DNA of 64,000 nt from Halarcobacter sp. (GTDB lineage: Bacteria > Campylobacterota > Campylobacteria > Campylobacterales > Arcobacteraceae): NCBI GenBank assembly GCA_963676565.1, contig OY781089.1, positions 64,001 to 128,000 on the forward strand, read 5' to 3'. The notes under the pieces are model-generated. The model made no database searches and was not told the DNA's origin. It worked only from the letters and a program-made list of their open reading frames with translations. The translations under genes and the position numbers were made by a program. Below, piece by piece: positions 51,358 to 60,420 of this stretch. Within the stretch, counting starts at the first letter, position 1. Each line of letters opens with the position of its first letter.

Positions 51358-51752
51358 TATTTCCCAAACTCTTTGTAAGTTTTATCTTCAAAAATTATAA
51401 ATACTGTTTTAGGGTTTTTATCGTTTTCATAAGCTGGAAGAGATAATCCAATTGCATTTTTAGGTTTTTCCTTCAAAAAGTCTTTTATAGCACGTGAGGG
51501 AACATTCCCTTCAAAAACATAATCTCCCATTAGTGAAGTATTACAAGATTGAATATCATAAGGAATTCCTATTTGTCTTTTTAAATTTTTTACATTCATA
51601 ACTGTAACAACATCAACCTCTTTTGCTACTTTTTCCATCTCTATAAACCAAGATTTAGGGCAAGTGCTTGTTGGTGGTTGAAAAACTTGTAGTTTAGATT
51701 CACTGGCAAAAAGTGAAATTGCCAACAAACAAAAAGCTAAAATTTTCATCAT
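51354..51752 (-). CDS. Exported DUF411/CopG-like protein with altered metal ligands
   Basis: PTSTCPKSW, GIP...QSCNT, YVFEGNVP, GLSLP follow the DUF411 pattern. Confidence 0.6.
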   Translation of the reverse strand: MMKILAFCLLAISLFASESKLQVFQPPTSTCPKSWFIEMEKVAKEVDVVTVMNVKNLKRQIGIPYDIQSCNTSLMGDYVFEGNVPSRAIKDFLKEKPKNAIGLSLPAYENDKNPKTVFIIFEDKTYKEFGKY

Positions 51753-52447
51753 AATTCTCCTTTTAAAATATTTGGATATTTTTCCAATAGATTATTTTTT
51801 ATTTGATCAATATTTTTAATATCAAAACTTTGATTATTAGGGTTATTAAACTCTAAAACTATTTTTGCAGGTTTACTAGAAAGAAATAAAATTCTATTGG
51901 AAAATAAAATTGCTTCACTAATATCATGAGTTACTAAAACAACAATTGGATTAAACTTATTACATAGTTTTAAAAACTCTTTTTTTAATTCTTGGGAAGT
52001 TGGAAAATCCAAAGATATAAAAGGTTCATCTAAAAAAATTACCTCTGGTTGGTTTATAAAAGCTCTAGCTAGTGCAACTCTTCTTTTCATACCACCAGAT
52101 AAAGCCTTTGGAAACTTATCTAAAACATCTTCTAATGCAACTAATTTTAAAATATCATTTATCTCATCTAAATCTTTAGATCTTGAAACTAATAAAAGAT
52201 TTTCTTTGATACTAAGCCAAGGTAATAATCTATCATCTTGAAACATAAATGATATATTTTTATAAGGCATTGAAATATCACCTTTGTAATCAGTTTCTAA
52301 ATTTGCCAATAAATTTAAAAAAGTGCTTTTACCACAACCACTAGGACCAACAATTGAAATGAACTCTTGTTCTTTAATTTTAAATTCAATATCTTCTAAT
52401 ACCTTTATTTCATTAAAACTTTTGTTTTGAATATTTATATTTATCAT
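51749..52447 (-). CDS. NitT/TauT-type ABC ATPase
   Basis: GPSGCGKST, FQDDRLLPW, LSGGMKRR, LDEPF, VTHD. Confidence 0.88.
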   Translation of the reverse strand: MININIQNKSFNEIKVLEDIEFKIKEQEFISIVGPSGCGKSTFLNLLANLETDYKGDISMPYKNISFMFQDDRLLPWLSIKENLLLVSRSKDLDEINDILKLVALEDVLDKFPKALSGGMKRRVALARAFINQPEVIFLDEPFISLDFPTSQELKKEFLKLCNKFNPIVVLVTHDISEAILFSNRILFLSSKPAKIVLEFNNPNNQSFDIKNIDQIKNNLLEKYPNILKGEL

Positions 52448-52448
52448 T

Positions 52449-53183
52449 TTATTTCCATTCCAACATCTTATTTTCTAAAGGTTTTAAAATAGCCATCTCT
52501 ATAAACATAACAATAAAAATAAAAGCTAAAGAATAAGCTAATATAGAAGTTATATCAAAAAATTGGAAAAACATTGAGATTTTAAATCCTATACCATCAC
52601 TTCTCCCAAGTAATTCAACAACTAAAACTATTTTCCAAATTAAAGACAAAGATAATCTAGCAGAAGCCATCATATATGGATAAATTTGAGGTAAAAAAAC
52701 TTTGAAAAACACTTGTTTTTTTGGAACCTTATAAACTTTTGCTAAATCCATATATTTTGACTCAATTGCCCTAGTCCCTTCCCTTATATTAACAACTACT
52801 ATTGGAACTTTATTTATAATTACAGCTAGAAGTGCTGCAAAATCAGTTAATCCAAACCAAATATAACAAATAACAATTACTACTAAAGCTGGAATATTTA
52901 AACCTAAAACTAATAAAAAATCAAAGATATCATCTATTTTTTTTGATATTCCCATTATAATTCCAAAAAATATTCCAATTATCATAGTGATAAAAAATGT
53001 TATTACAACCCTAAATAGTGTAATCTTTAAATCATCTAATAATTCCCCATCTACTAAATGTTCAAATAGTTTTATACCTATATCAACAGATGAAGGGAAA
53101 ACTTGAGATGCAAGGACTATTGAAGAGGCTTGCCATATGATAATAAAAGCACAAATTGATAATAATCTAGTTTGTAACAACAC
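52449..53183 (-). CDS. NitT/TauT-type ABC permease
   Basis: NIPALV, WFG, NKVP, WKIVLVVELLG. Confidence 0.85.
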   Translation of the reverse strand: MLLQTRLLSICAFIIIWQASSIVLASQVFPSSVDIGIKLFEHLVDGELLDDLKITLFRVVITFFITMIIGIFFGIIMGISKKIDDIFDFLLVLGLNIPALVVIVICYIWFGLTDFAALLAVIINKVPIVVVNIREGTRAIESKYMDLAKVYKVPKKQVFFKVFLPQIYPYMMASARLSLSLIWKIVLVVELLGRSDGIGFKISMFFQFFDITSILAYSLAFIFIVMFIEMAILKPLENKMLEWK

Positions 53184-53201
53184 TTTTTCCTAATTTTTAT
53201 T

Positions 53202-54161
53202 TTACTGATTAGTTTCCCAAAAAGTTGCAGGGTCTAACTCTTTGCTATTTTTAACTAATTTTTTTCCACCTTGTTTTTGTAATACTTTAAATATTTTTTT
53301 TGAATCTTCGATGTTTTTTTCATCAAATTTAAGTATCACTCCATTTTTATAGCCCTCTTTTAATGAGTTAAATGTTACTTCATCTTTTACTTTCATCAGT
53401 GGTTTTATTCTATCCCATTCTTTATCATCTTCTAACAAGATTTTTTTAGCACTTTTACTTGCATTTATAAATGAATCATATAATCTTGGATCCATGAGAG
53501 CTAAATCTCTTCTAAATGTCCAACCAATTAAAGGTATATCTTCATTAATTCCAAAACTTTTAAAAACCTCTTTAATTTCAATAATAGGTCTTGCTCCTTT
53601 TGCCTTTGCTTTTGCATTAAAATGCCAAAAGTTCAGCGCTCCATCTAAAGAACCATCAAGTACTTTTTTAAGTAATATGGGAGGAGCAGCAAAGGTTGGA
53701 TTAATAATATCTTTAAAATCTTTGCCATATTTTAATTTACTATATGCCCTTAAGATAAGCCAAGTTTTATCAACAGGTCCTCCTGCAACTCCAATATTTT
53801 TCCCTTCTAAATCTAATAAAGTTTTAGCATTACTGTTTTTTCCAAGGTATAAAGTCCCCGTTGCCTTAGAATAAGGGTAAAGTGTATAATCTCCCCCATT
53901 TGCCCTTTGAGTATTTACCCAAACCCAATCAGTAACTATAATATCAACACTTCCAGATTGAAGGGCTATTGATGTAGCATTTTTTGAAGCTAGTTTAACA
54001 ACTTCAAGTTCAAAACCATTTTTAATATCAAGTTTATTATGTTTTAAAACATCTAATTCCCAATTAACTGTTCCAAATGCTAAAACACCTACTTTTAATT
54101 TTTCCAAAGCATATAAATTTGTAAACAAAAAACAAATTGTTAAAAATATGATTTTAAACAT
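53202..54161 (-). CDS. NitT/TauT-type ABC substrate-binding protein
   Basis: Signal peptide; FGTVNWEL, DWVWV, GVAGGPVDKTW, NFWHF. Confidence 0.82.
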   Translation of the reverse strand: MFKIIFLTICFLFTNLYALEKLKVGVLAFGTVNWELDVLKHNKLDIKNGFELEVVKLASKNATSIALQSGSVDIIVTDWVWVNTQRANGGDYTLYPYSKATGTLYLGKNSNAKTLLDLEGKNIGVAGGPVDKTWLILRAYSKLKYGKDFKDIINPTFAAPPILLKKVLDGSLDGALNFWHFNAKAKAKGARPIIEIKEVFKSFGINEDIPLIGWTFRRDLALMDPRLYDSFINASKSAKKILLEDDKEWDRIKPLMKVKDEVTFNSLKEGYKNGVILKFDEKNIEDSKKIFKVLQKQGGKKLVKNSKELDPATFWETNQ

Positions 54162-54187
54162 CTATCTACCTTTTAATTATTTTTTAT

Positions 54188-54272
54188 ATTGTATATCAAT
54201 TAAGTAGCATCAATTTAGCATAATAAAAGATTTTTTAATTGCTATAATCAAGCTATAAAAACACTTTATAAT
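54188..54272. promoter_or_regulatory. Back-to-back promoters, each with a GCTA box
   Basis: Minus: GCTA-AATTGAT-GCTA-CTTAATTGATA-TACAAT (54219-54188); plus: GCTA-TAATCAA-GCTA-TAAAAACACTT-TATAAT (54241-54272). Confidence 0.75.
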
Positions 54273-54305
54273 TCCAACATGCAAAAATTTCGCAAAAGGA
54301 TATAC

Positions 54306-54725
54306 ATGAATAAAATCGAAAAATTAACACTTGCAGTTTTGTTTTCTGCAATAACTGCATTTGGGCATGGAAGTGTTACACCACAAAAAGTTGACACAAC
54401 AGGTTTAGAACAATTAGGTGATACTTGGGTATCAGAAAATCCATATAGTACTGATAATGCAAGAGCTGTAGAGATTGGAAGATCTGGATATAGTGAAAAC
54501 TGTGCAAGATGTCATGGACTTGATGTTATCTCTGGTGGTATTGCTCCTGATTTAAGAGAGTTAGATAAGTTTGAAGATGAATACTTCTTAGGAAAAGTAT
54601 TAAGTGGAGTTACAAGAAATGGTAATGTTTATATGCCATCATTTGCTGAAGTTTTAAGTCAAGAAGCAATTTGGGCAATTAGAACATATATCATGGATAG
54701 AAGAGCAAAAGACGGTATAGAGTAA
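54306..54725 (+). CDS. pedF: Cytochrome c550 (PedF/ExaB type)
   Basis: HGSVTPQ.VDT, ENPY, CARCHG, SGGIAPDLR, YMP, SQEAIWAIR; AAGGA RBS favours ATG at 54306. Confidence 0.9.
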   Translation: MNKIEKLTLAVLFSAITAFGHGSVTPQKVDTTGLEQLGDTWVSENPYSTDNARAVEIGRSGYSENCARCHGLDVISGGIAPDLRELDKFEDEYFLGKVLSGVTRNGNVYMPSFAEVLSQEAIWAIRTYIMDRRAKDGIE

Positions 54726-54729
54726 TATT

Positions 54730-55599
54730 ATGAAAATTCTTAGATTATTAGTTTTATTTGCACTTTTGATAGTTTTTGCAAAAGCAAGAAGCATTGAAGA
54801 GATTCAAGAAAGTGGTTATATAACAATAGCTGTTTACGAAGATTTTCCACCTTACTCATTTACAGAAAACAATGAGTTAAAAGGGATTGATGTAGATTTA
54901 GGAAAACTACTTGCAAAATCTCTAAAAGTAAAAGCTAAATGGCAATTAACAGGCTCTGATGAAACTTTAGCTGATGATCTAAGAATTAATATTTGGAAGG
55001 GTAATCTAATTCATAAAAACTATGCAGACGTAATGTTTAGAGTTCCATACGATTATGATTATTTAAGATTAAGAGATAAACAAACAGGTGAACTTCAAAC
55101 AGATATGGTTTCTATTAAAGGGCCATATCATAGTGAAAAATGGGTTATAGCAACACACAAGGATAAAATTCCAAAGATTAATACTTTAGGAATTTTTGCT
55201 TACCATACTATAGGTGTAGAGTTAGATACCCTTCCAGATAATCATTTAACAGGATTTGCAAGAGGTTTAATTAATAAAAATGTTAAACACTATTTCCACT
55301 TTAAAGATGCAATAAAAGATTTTAAAGAGGGAAAAATTGATGCAATTGCTGGATTAAAATCCCAATTAGAGTATCTATTAGATTTTAATAACAATAAAGA
55401 TAAGTTTTATATGACTAGTAAAATTCCACAAATAAAATCACACTGGGATATTGCCACAGCAGTTCACACTAGTTATAGACCATTAAGTTATCATATTGAT
55501 GGCTTAATATCTGAAAATTACGAGAATGGTAATATTAAAAAAATATTTGAAAAATATGGAGTCAATTACTTACCTCCAATAGCAAGAACACAACAATAA
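54730..55599 (+). CDS. Family-3 periplasmic binding protein (PedG-like)
   Basis: VYEDFPPYS, GIDVDL, DDLR, ADVMFRVPYD; directly after cytochrome c550. Confidence 0.78.
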   Translation: MKILRLLVLFALLIVFAKARSIEEIQESGYITIAVYEDFPPYSFTENNELKGIDVDLGKLLAKSLKVKAKWQLTGSDETLADDLRINIWKGNLIHKNYADVMFRVPYDYDYLRLRDKQTGELQTDMVSIKGPYHSEKWVIATHKDKIPKINTLGIFAYHTIGVELDTLPDNHLTGFARGLINKNVKHYFHFKDAIKDFKEGKIDAIAGLKSQLEYLLDFNNNKDKFYMTSKIPQIKSHWDIATAVHTSYRPLSYHIDGLISENYENGNIKKIFEKYGVNYLPPIARTQQ

Positions 55600-55613
55600 A
55601 ATAAGGAGTTGTC

Positions 55614-56357
55614 ATGAAAAGTATACTCATTTTCGCTACATTAATTCTAACAATGTTAAACCTAGAAGCAAAGAATCCTATAGTATCTCCCACTTTTGAT
55701 GATATTATCAAAATTACTATTGGCGAAGATGAGTATACCTTTGATGACAAAAATGTCCAAGTAAAGGTACCCTCTTTTGCTGATAACCCTGTTCAAGTTC
55801 CCATTTTTGTAGATGCCTCAAAAATTAAGAATCCTAAAAAAATGATTCTTTTTGCTGATTTGAATCCTATTCCAGTTATTTTAACTATGACACCAAAAGA
55901 TTTTCTACCAGTTATCTCAACAAATATAAAAGTTGCCCAAGAAACTCCTTTAAGAGCTTTAGTTTTAGATGAAAATAATCTATGGCATGTTGGAAGCGCA
56001 AACATCAATAGTAATGGTGGAGGTTGCGATGTAACAAGTTTAGCAGCTGCGAATGGAAATGTTGCAGAAAATATAGGGAAAAGTAAAGGGAAAATATTTG
56101 ATAAAAAAGATCAAAAAAGAGTTAAATTCTCAATATTTCATCCTATGGAAACTGGCTTAGTTTTTGGGGCTAGCTCATTTTTTATAAATAAAATAGAAAT
56201 TAAAGATGAGAATAACAAGTTATTAACTGTTTTAGATACAAGCGCAGCAATTAGTGAAAATCCAAGAATTACTTTAGAAACAAAAAAAGAGTTTAAAGAA
56301 TTAAATATCAACTTTTTGGATACTGATGCAAATAATTTTGAGTTAAATATAAAATGA
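55614..56357 (+). CDS. Quinoprotein-associated fused SoxY/SoxZ-like carrier
   Basis: P.FA.NP.QVP, DLNPIP, TPLRA, GGGC, HPMETG, ISENP. Confidence 0.8.
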   Translation: MKSILIFATLILTMLNLEAKNPIVSPTFDDIIKITIGEDEYTFDDKNVQVKVPSFADNPVQVPIFVDASKIKNPKKMILFADLNPIPVILTMTPKDFLPVISTNIKVAQETPLRALVLDENNLWHVGSANINSNGGGCDVTSLAAANGNVAENIGKSKGKIFDKKDQKRVKFSIFHPMETGLVFGASSFFINKIEIKDENNKLLTVLDTSAAISENPRITLETKKEFKELNINFLDTDANNFELNIK

Positions 56358-57259
56358 AAATTTTATTTTTAGCAATAATATTTTTTAATTCACTTTTTGC
56401 CTTTGAATATAAGCTAAAGCCAGAAAAGCTAGATGAAAATAGCTACTATTTTTATGGAAAAGAGGAGTATTTTTCAAAGGAAAATGGTGGAGATATTGCA
56501 AACACTGCTTTTATAATCACTAAAAATTCTGTTATAGTAATAGATACAGGAACAACAGTTGATTATGCAAATGCTATGAAAAAAGAGATTTCAAAGCTTA
56601 CTAAAAATCCTATAAATTTTGTAATAAATACACACCACCATCCTGATCATTTTTTAGGAAATAAAGCCTTTAAAGATGCTAAAATTTATGCAACAGAGCA
56701 TACAATTGAAGATATAAAATTAAATGGTGAAAAATATGTTTCAAATATGGTAAACCTAATAGGTGAAGCTGCTTATTCAACTAGAGCTAAAGTTCCAAAT
56801 AAATTACTTACAACAAAAAAACTAGTCTTAGATGGGTATGAATTAGATATTTTATACTTAGATGGTCATACAAAAAGTGATATAGCTATACTAGATAATA
56901 AAACAAAAATACTCTATGCTTCTGATTTAGTTTTTAACCACAGAGCCCTAGCAACACCCCATGCAAATTTAAAAAAGTGGATTTTGGCATTAAAAGAATT
57001 AAAAAAACTTGATTTTAAAACTTTAGTTCCAGGGCATGGAAAAGTGACTTTCTCAAAAAATGTTATTGATAAAGATATCAGATACTTAAAGTTTTTGGAT
57101 AAAACATTGAAAGAAGCTATAGAAAATGGACTTGATACCTTTGAAATTTTGGAACAAGAAATTCCAGAGGATATTAAAAATTATTCTATGTTTGAAGAAG
57201 AGTATGAAAGAAGTATTATAAATCTATACAAAAAGTATGAACTGCAACTCTCTTATTAA
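56354..57259 (+). CDS. Exported MBL-fold zinc metallohydrolase (SoxH-related, quinoprotein-associated)
   Basis: NGGDIAN, IDTG, THHHPDHFLGN, GHT, SDL, VPGHG. Confidence 0.82.
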   Translation: MKILFLAIIFFNSLFAFEYKLKPEKLDENSYYFYGKEEYFSKENGGDIANTAFIITKNSVIVIDTGTTVDYANAMKKEISKLTKNPINFVINTHHHPDHFLGNKAFKDAKIYATEHTIEDIKLNGEKYVSNMVNLIGEAAYSTRAKVPNKLLTTKKLVLDGYELDILYLDGHTKSDIAILDNKTKILYASDLVFNHRALATPHANLKKWILALKELKKLDFKTLVPGHGKVTFSKNVIDKDIRYLKFLDKTLKEAIENGLDTFEILEQEIPEDIKNYSMFEEEYERSIINLYKKYELQLSY

Positions 57260-57290
57260 AAGATAAATAGCATAAAAAGCTATTTATCTT
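57260..57290. terminator. Bidirectional hairpin closing the PQQ region
   Basis: AAGATAAATAGC-N7-GCTATTTATCTT between convergent genes. Confidence 0.6.
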
Positions 57291-58699
57291 ATTCCTTTTA
57301 TATATTCAACTAGTAATCTAACACTAGCTCCTGTTCCACCAAAGCTATTATATCCCCAAACTTTTTCTCTGTAAGCAGCCCCTGCTATATCTAAATGAAG
57401 CCATTTGTTTTTATTCTCTTTTTTTATAAATTTATCTAAAAATAAAGAAGCAGTTATTGAACTACCTGCCCTTGAACCAGGCGAGTTTACCACATCCGCA
57501 ATATTTGATTTTAACATTGGGGGAAGGTATCTATTAAATGGTAAAAATCCAACTAGCTCACCACTTTTGTTTGAAGCTTTTTTTATTTGTTTTTTCATCT
57601 TTTCACTATGTCCCATAACACCAGTTGTATATTCACCTAGTGCAACAATACAAGCTCCTGTTAAAGTAGCAACATCAAAAATTGAATCAATATCTTTTAT
57701 TTCATCTTGGGCATAACATAAACAATCAGCTAAAACTAGTCTACCCTCTGCATCAGTATTAGTAACCTCAATAGTAACACCATTTTTAGCTTTTAATACA
57801 TCATCAGGTTTATAAGCATCTCCACCAATCATATTTTCAACTGCACCAATAATACCATGAACTTCAACATCAAGTTTTAATTTAGCAACTGCATCTAAAA
57901 TACCTAGAACTGCACTTCCTCCACTTTTGTCACATTTCATTGAGACCATATCTTGTTTTAAACTTAGTCCCCCTGCATCATAAGTAAGACCTTTACCTAC
58001 AATAACAACTTTTGCTTTTGCCTTTTTAGGCTTATAAGTTAAATGAACTAACTGACTTTCATGTCTAGATGCACGTCCTACTGCAAGCATTGCATTCATA
58101 CCATTGTTAAGTAAATATTCTTCACCAAAAATCTTGCACTCAAGATTATTCTTTAAAGCTAACTCTTTTGCTTTTTTTGAAAAACTTTTTGGATAAAAAT
58201 CTTCTGGTGTAGTATTTACAATAGTTCTTACCATATTTACACTATTGCATATTGTTTTAATTTCTTCAAAATCTTTGTTTAATTCTTCAAAAGTTTTTTT
58301 AGAACCTTTTACATCAATAAAAATATTTATTTTTGATTCTTTCTTTTTACTCTTGTAATCTTCAAAAGTATAAGACCCAAGGATTAATCCTTCAGTTAAC
58401 TCTTTAATATTTAGTTCTTTTTCACTTACTAAATTAATTAAAATATTCTCATATTTTGTTTTTTGTAAAACTCTTATTGCATTGGAAAAAGCAATTTTTA
58501 AATCCTCTTTTTTTAAACTTGTCGCACCAATATAAAGTTTATTTTCAAAAAAACACTCTTGAGATTCTTTTCCTTCAAAACCAATTTTTTTTAATTTTTT
58601 TGATATTTTTTTATCAATTTTCTTTAGATTTTGTAAAACAACAAGTTCTAAATCATTATTAAAATTTTTTTTATTTGAATTAAATAATTTTATTTCCAT
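57284..58699 (-). CDS. pepA: M17 leucyl aminopeptidase
   Basis: VGKGLTYDAGG, MKCD, NTDAEGRL, ATLTGA, HLDIAG; second ATG fits the RBS spacing. Confidence 0.93.
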   Translation of the reverse strand: MEIKLFNSNKKNFNNDLELVVLQNLKKIDKKISKKLKKIGFEGKESQECFFENKLYIGATSLKKEDLKIAFSNAIRVLQKTKYENILINLVSEKELNIKELTEGLILGSYTFEDYKSKKKESKINIFIDVKGSKKTFEELNKDFEEIKTICNSVNMVRTIVNTTPEDFYPKSFSKKAKELALKNNLECKIFGEEYLLNNGMNAMLAVGRASRHESQLVHLTYKPKKAKAKVVIVGKGLTYDAGGLSLKQDMVSMKCDKSGGSAVLGILDAVAKLKLDVEVHGIIGAVENMIGGDAYKPDDVLKAKNGVTIEVTNTDAEGRLVLADCLCYAQDEIKDIDSIFDVATLTGACIVALGEYTTGVMGHSEKMKKQIKKASNKSGELVGFLPFNRYLPPMLKSNIADVVNSPGSRAGSSITASLFLDKFIKKENKNKWLHLDIAGAAYREKVWGYNSFGGTGASVRLLVEYIKGIR

Positions 58700-58778
58700 T
58701 TCCATCCCTTTACTTAAGAGAATAAGGATATCAAAATTGTTATTTTTTTTAGTTAAAGAATAAAATTAATTTAAAACT

Positions 58779-60419
58779 TTATTGTATAGGTATTATTATT
58801 GTAAACAAGGCACCAACAAATTTTTCACCTTCGTATTCATATTCAATATTTTTTGCTGATATATAACCTTTTAGTTGTTTTACAATAATTTGATGAGTCA
58901 TATATAAACCTATTCCTGTTCCTTGTGATTGATGTTTAGTAGTAAAATAAGGATCAAATATTTTTTCAATATTAGAAGAAGAGATTCCTCCACCATTATC
59001 CTTTATACTCAAAATTACATTAGAATCATCCTTTTTTATAGATACAAATATTAATCTTTTCCCCTCATTTTCTTTTAATACATCAAGGGCATTATTATAA
59101 ATATTTATCAAAGCTTGTATTAGTAAATTTTTATTCCCAAGAATAAATAGCTCTTTTTCAATATCATAATGAACTTGAACAAAATTGATTTTAAAAGAGT
59201 CTTTTGTTAAATCATTTACTTTATTTATTGCATCATTTATTTCAAACTCAGATACCTCAGACATATCTTCACTAAAAAATCCTCTAAAATCTTCAATTGT
59301 TTTTGATAAGAATTGTGTTTGAGAATTAATCTTTTCAAGTGTTTCTATAGTCTCTTCCTTTGACATATTCATTTCCATCTCTAGTTGAACTTTTAATCCT
59401 GTTGAAGCAGTTGAAATTGCAGACAAAGGTTGTCTCCATTGGTGAGCAATATTACCAATCATCTCACCAATAGCAGAAGTTCTTGCTTGCTGTAAAATCA
59501 TTTTTTCCTGTTGTTTTAATACAGAAACATCTGAAAAAATACCAATGTAATTAATAGCTGTACCATCATTGTTTTTAATAGTATTTATACTTAAGTATTC
59601 TTCATATAATTCACCATTTTTCTTTTTGTTTGTTATCTCACCATGCCATGAGCCAGTATTTTTTAATTCTTTCCACATCTGTTTATAAAAATCAGTATCT
59701 TTTGTATTTGATTTTAAAATAGAAGGATTTTTGCCAACAACCTCTTCATAGTTATAACCTGTAGTCTCACAAAAAGAGTTATTTACATCAATAATCTCAT
59801 TATTTGAGTTAGTAATCATAATACCTTCATTAGTATTTTCATAAACAGCTAAAGCCTGCTGCATCTTAAATTCAGTCTCTTTTCTAAGTGTAATGTCAGT
59901 ATGTGTACCTATAAGTCTATTAGGTTTTCCATTTTCATTTTTTTGAACAACAATACCTCTATCATGAACCCATTTATAAGAACCATCTTTACATTTCACA
60001 CGATGTTCATTGGAATAAATATCTGTTTCACCATTCATATGAGAACTTATATCTTCATAAACTTTCTCTAAATCATCTGGATGAACTCTTTTTTTCCACT
60101 CTTCAAGTGAGCCTTTAATCTCATCTTCTTTAAATCCAAACATCTCTTTCCATGCCTTGGAAAAATAAACTTCATTTGTATCAACATTCCAATCCCAAAG
60201 TCCATCACCTCTTCCATCAACAGCAAATTTCCATCTGAATTCACTCTCTTCAAGTTGTTTTTTTTGTTTATTTAATTGGGCTGTTCTTTTTTTTAATTCA
60301 CTTTCTAACTCTTCATTATAGTGTTCTAGAATTGCATTATTTCTAATAACTAGTTTTTCATACCTAAAAGCTAGATATGCAAATAAAAATGAAACTAGAG
60401 TAATAAGAAAATATACCAT
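58779..60419 (-). CDS. PAS-PAS histidine kinase (probable 3' part of a split CHASE kinase)
   Basis: Single N-terminal TM, GLWDW...HPDD PAS, second PAS, AHQWRQP, GTGIGL. Confidence 0.85.
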   Translation of the reverse strand: MVYFLITLVSFLFAYLAFRYEKLVIRNNAILEHYNEELESELKKRTAQLNKQKKQLEESEFRWKFAVDGRGDGLWDWNVDTNEVYFSKAWKEMFGFKEDEIKGSLEEWKKRVHPDDLEKVYEDISSHMNGETDIYSNEHRVKCKDGSYKWVHDRGIVVQKNENGKPNRLIGTHTDITLRKETEFKMQQALAVYENTNEGIMITNSNNEIIDVNNSFCETTGYNYEEVVGKNPSILKSNTKDTDFYKQMWKELKNTGSWHGEITNKKKNGELYEEYLSINTIKNNDGTAINYIGIFSDVSVLKQQEKMILQQARTSAIGEMIGNIAHQWRQPLSAISTASTGLKVQLEMEMNMSKEETIETLEKINSQTQFLSKTIEDFRGFFSEDMSEVSEFEINDAINKVNDLTKDSFKINFVQVHYDIEKELFILGNKNLLIQALINIYNNALDVLKENEGKRLIFVSIKKDDSNVILSIKDNGGGISSSNIEKIFDPYFTTKHQSQGTGIGLYMTHQIIVKQLKGYISAKNIEYEYEGEKFVGALFTIIIPIQ

Positions 60420-60420
60420 G

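Noticed and set aside
55614..57259. Sox sulfur-oxidation cluster
   Set aside because: No soxAX, soxB or soxCD in the window; the fused YZ-like form lies in the cytochrome c550 operon
57284..58699. pepA as the substitute for the missing PqqF protease
   Set aside because: It is an M17 exopeptidase, convergent to the module, separated by a hairpin and without a GCTA box; only proximity supports it
839..60253. About 35 short ORFs in the track that overlap longer genes (e.g. 18529-18954, 21998-22342, 50694-51137, 53494-53874, 40638-40823, 40645-40881)
   Set aside because: Antisense or alternate-frame shadows of well-supported genes, with no recognisable motifs; the real gene at 40786-40860 is pqqA
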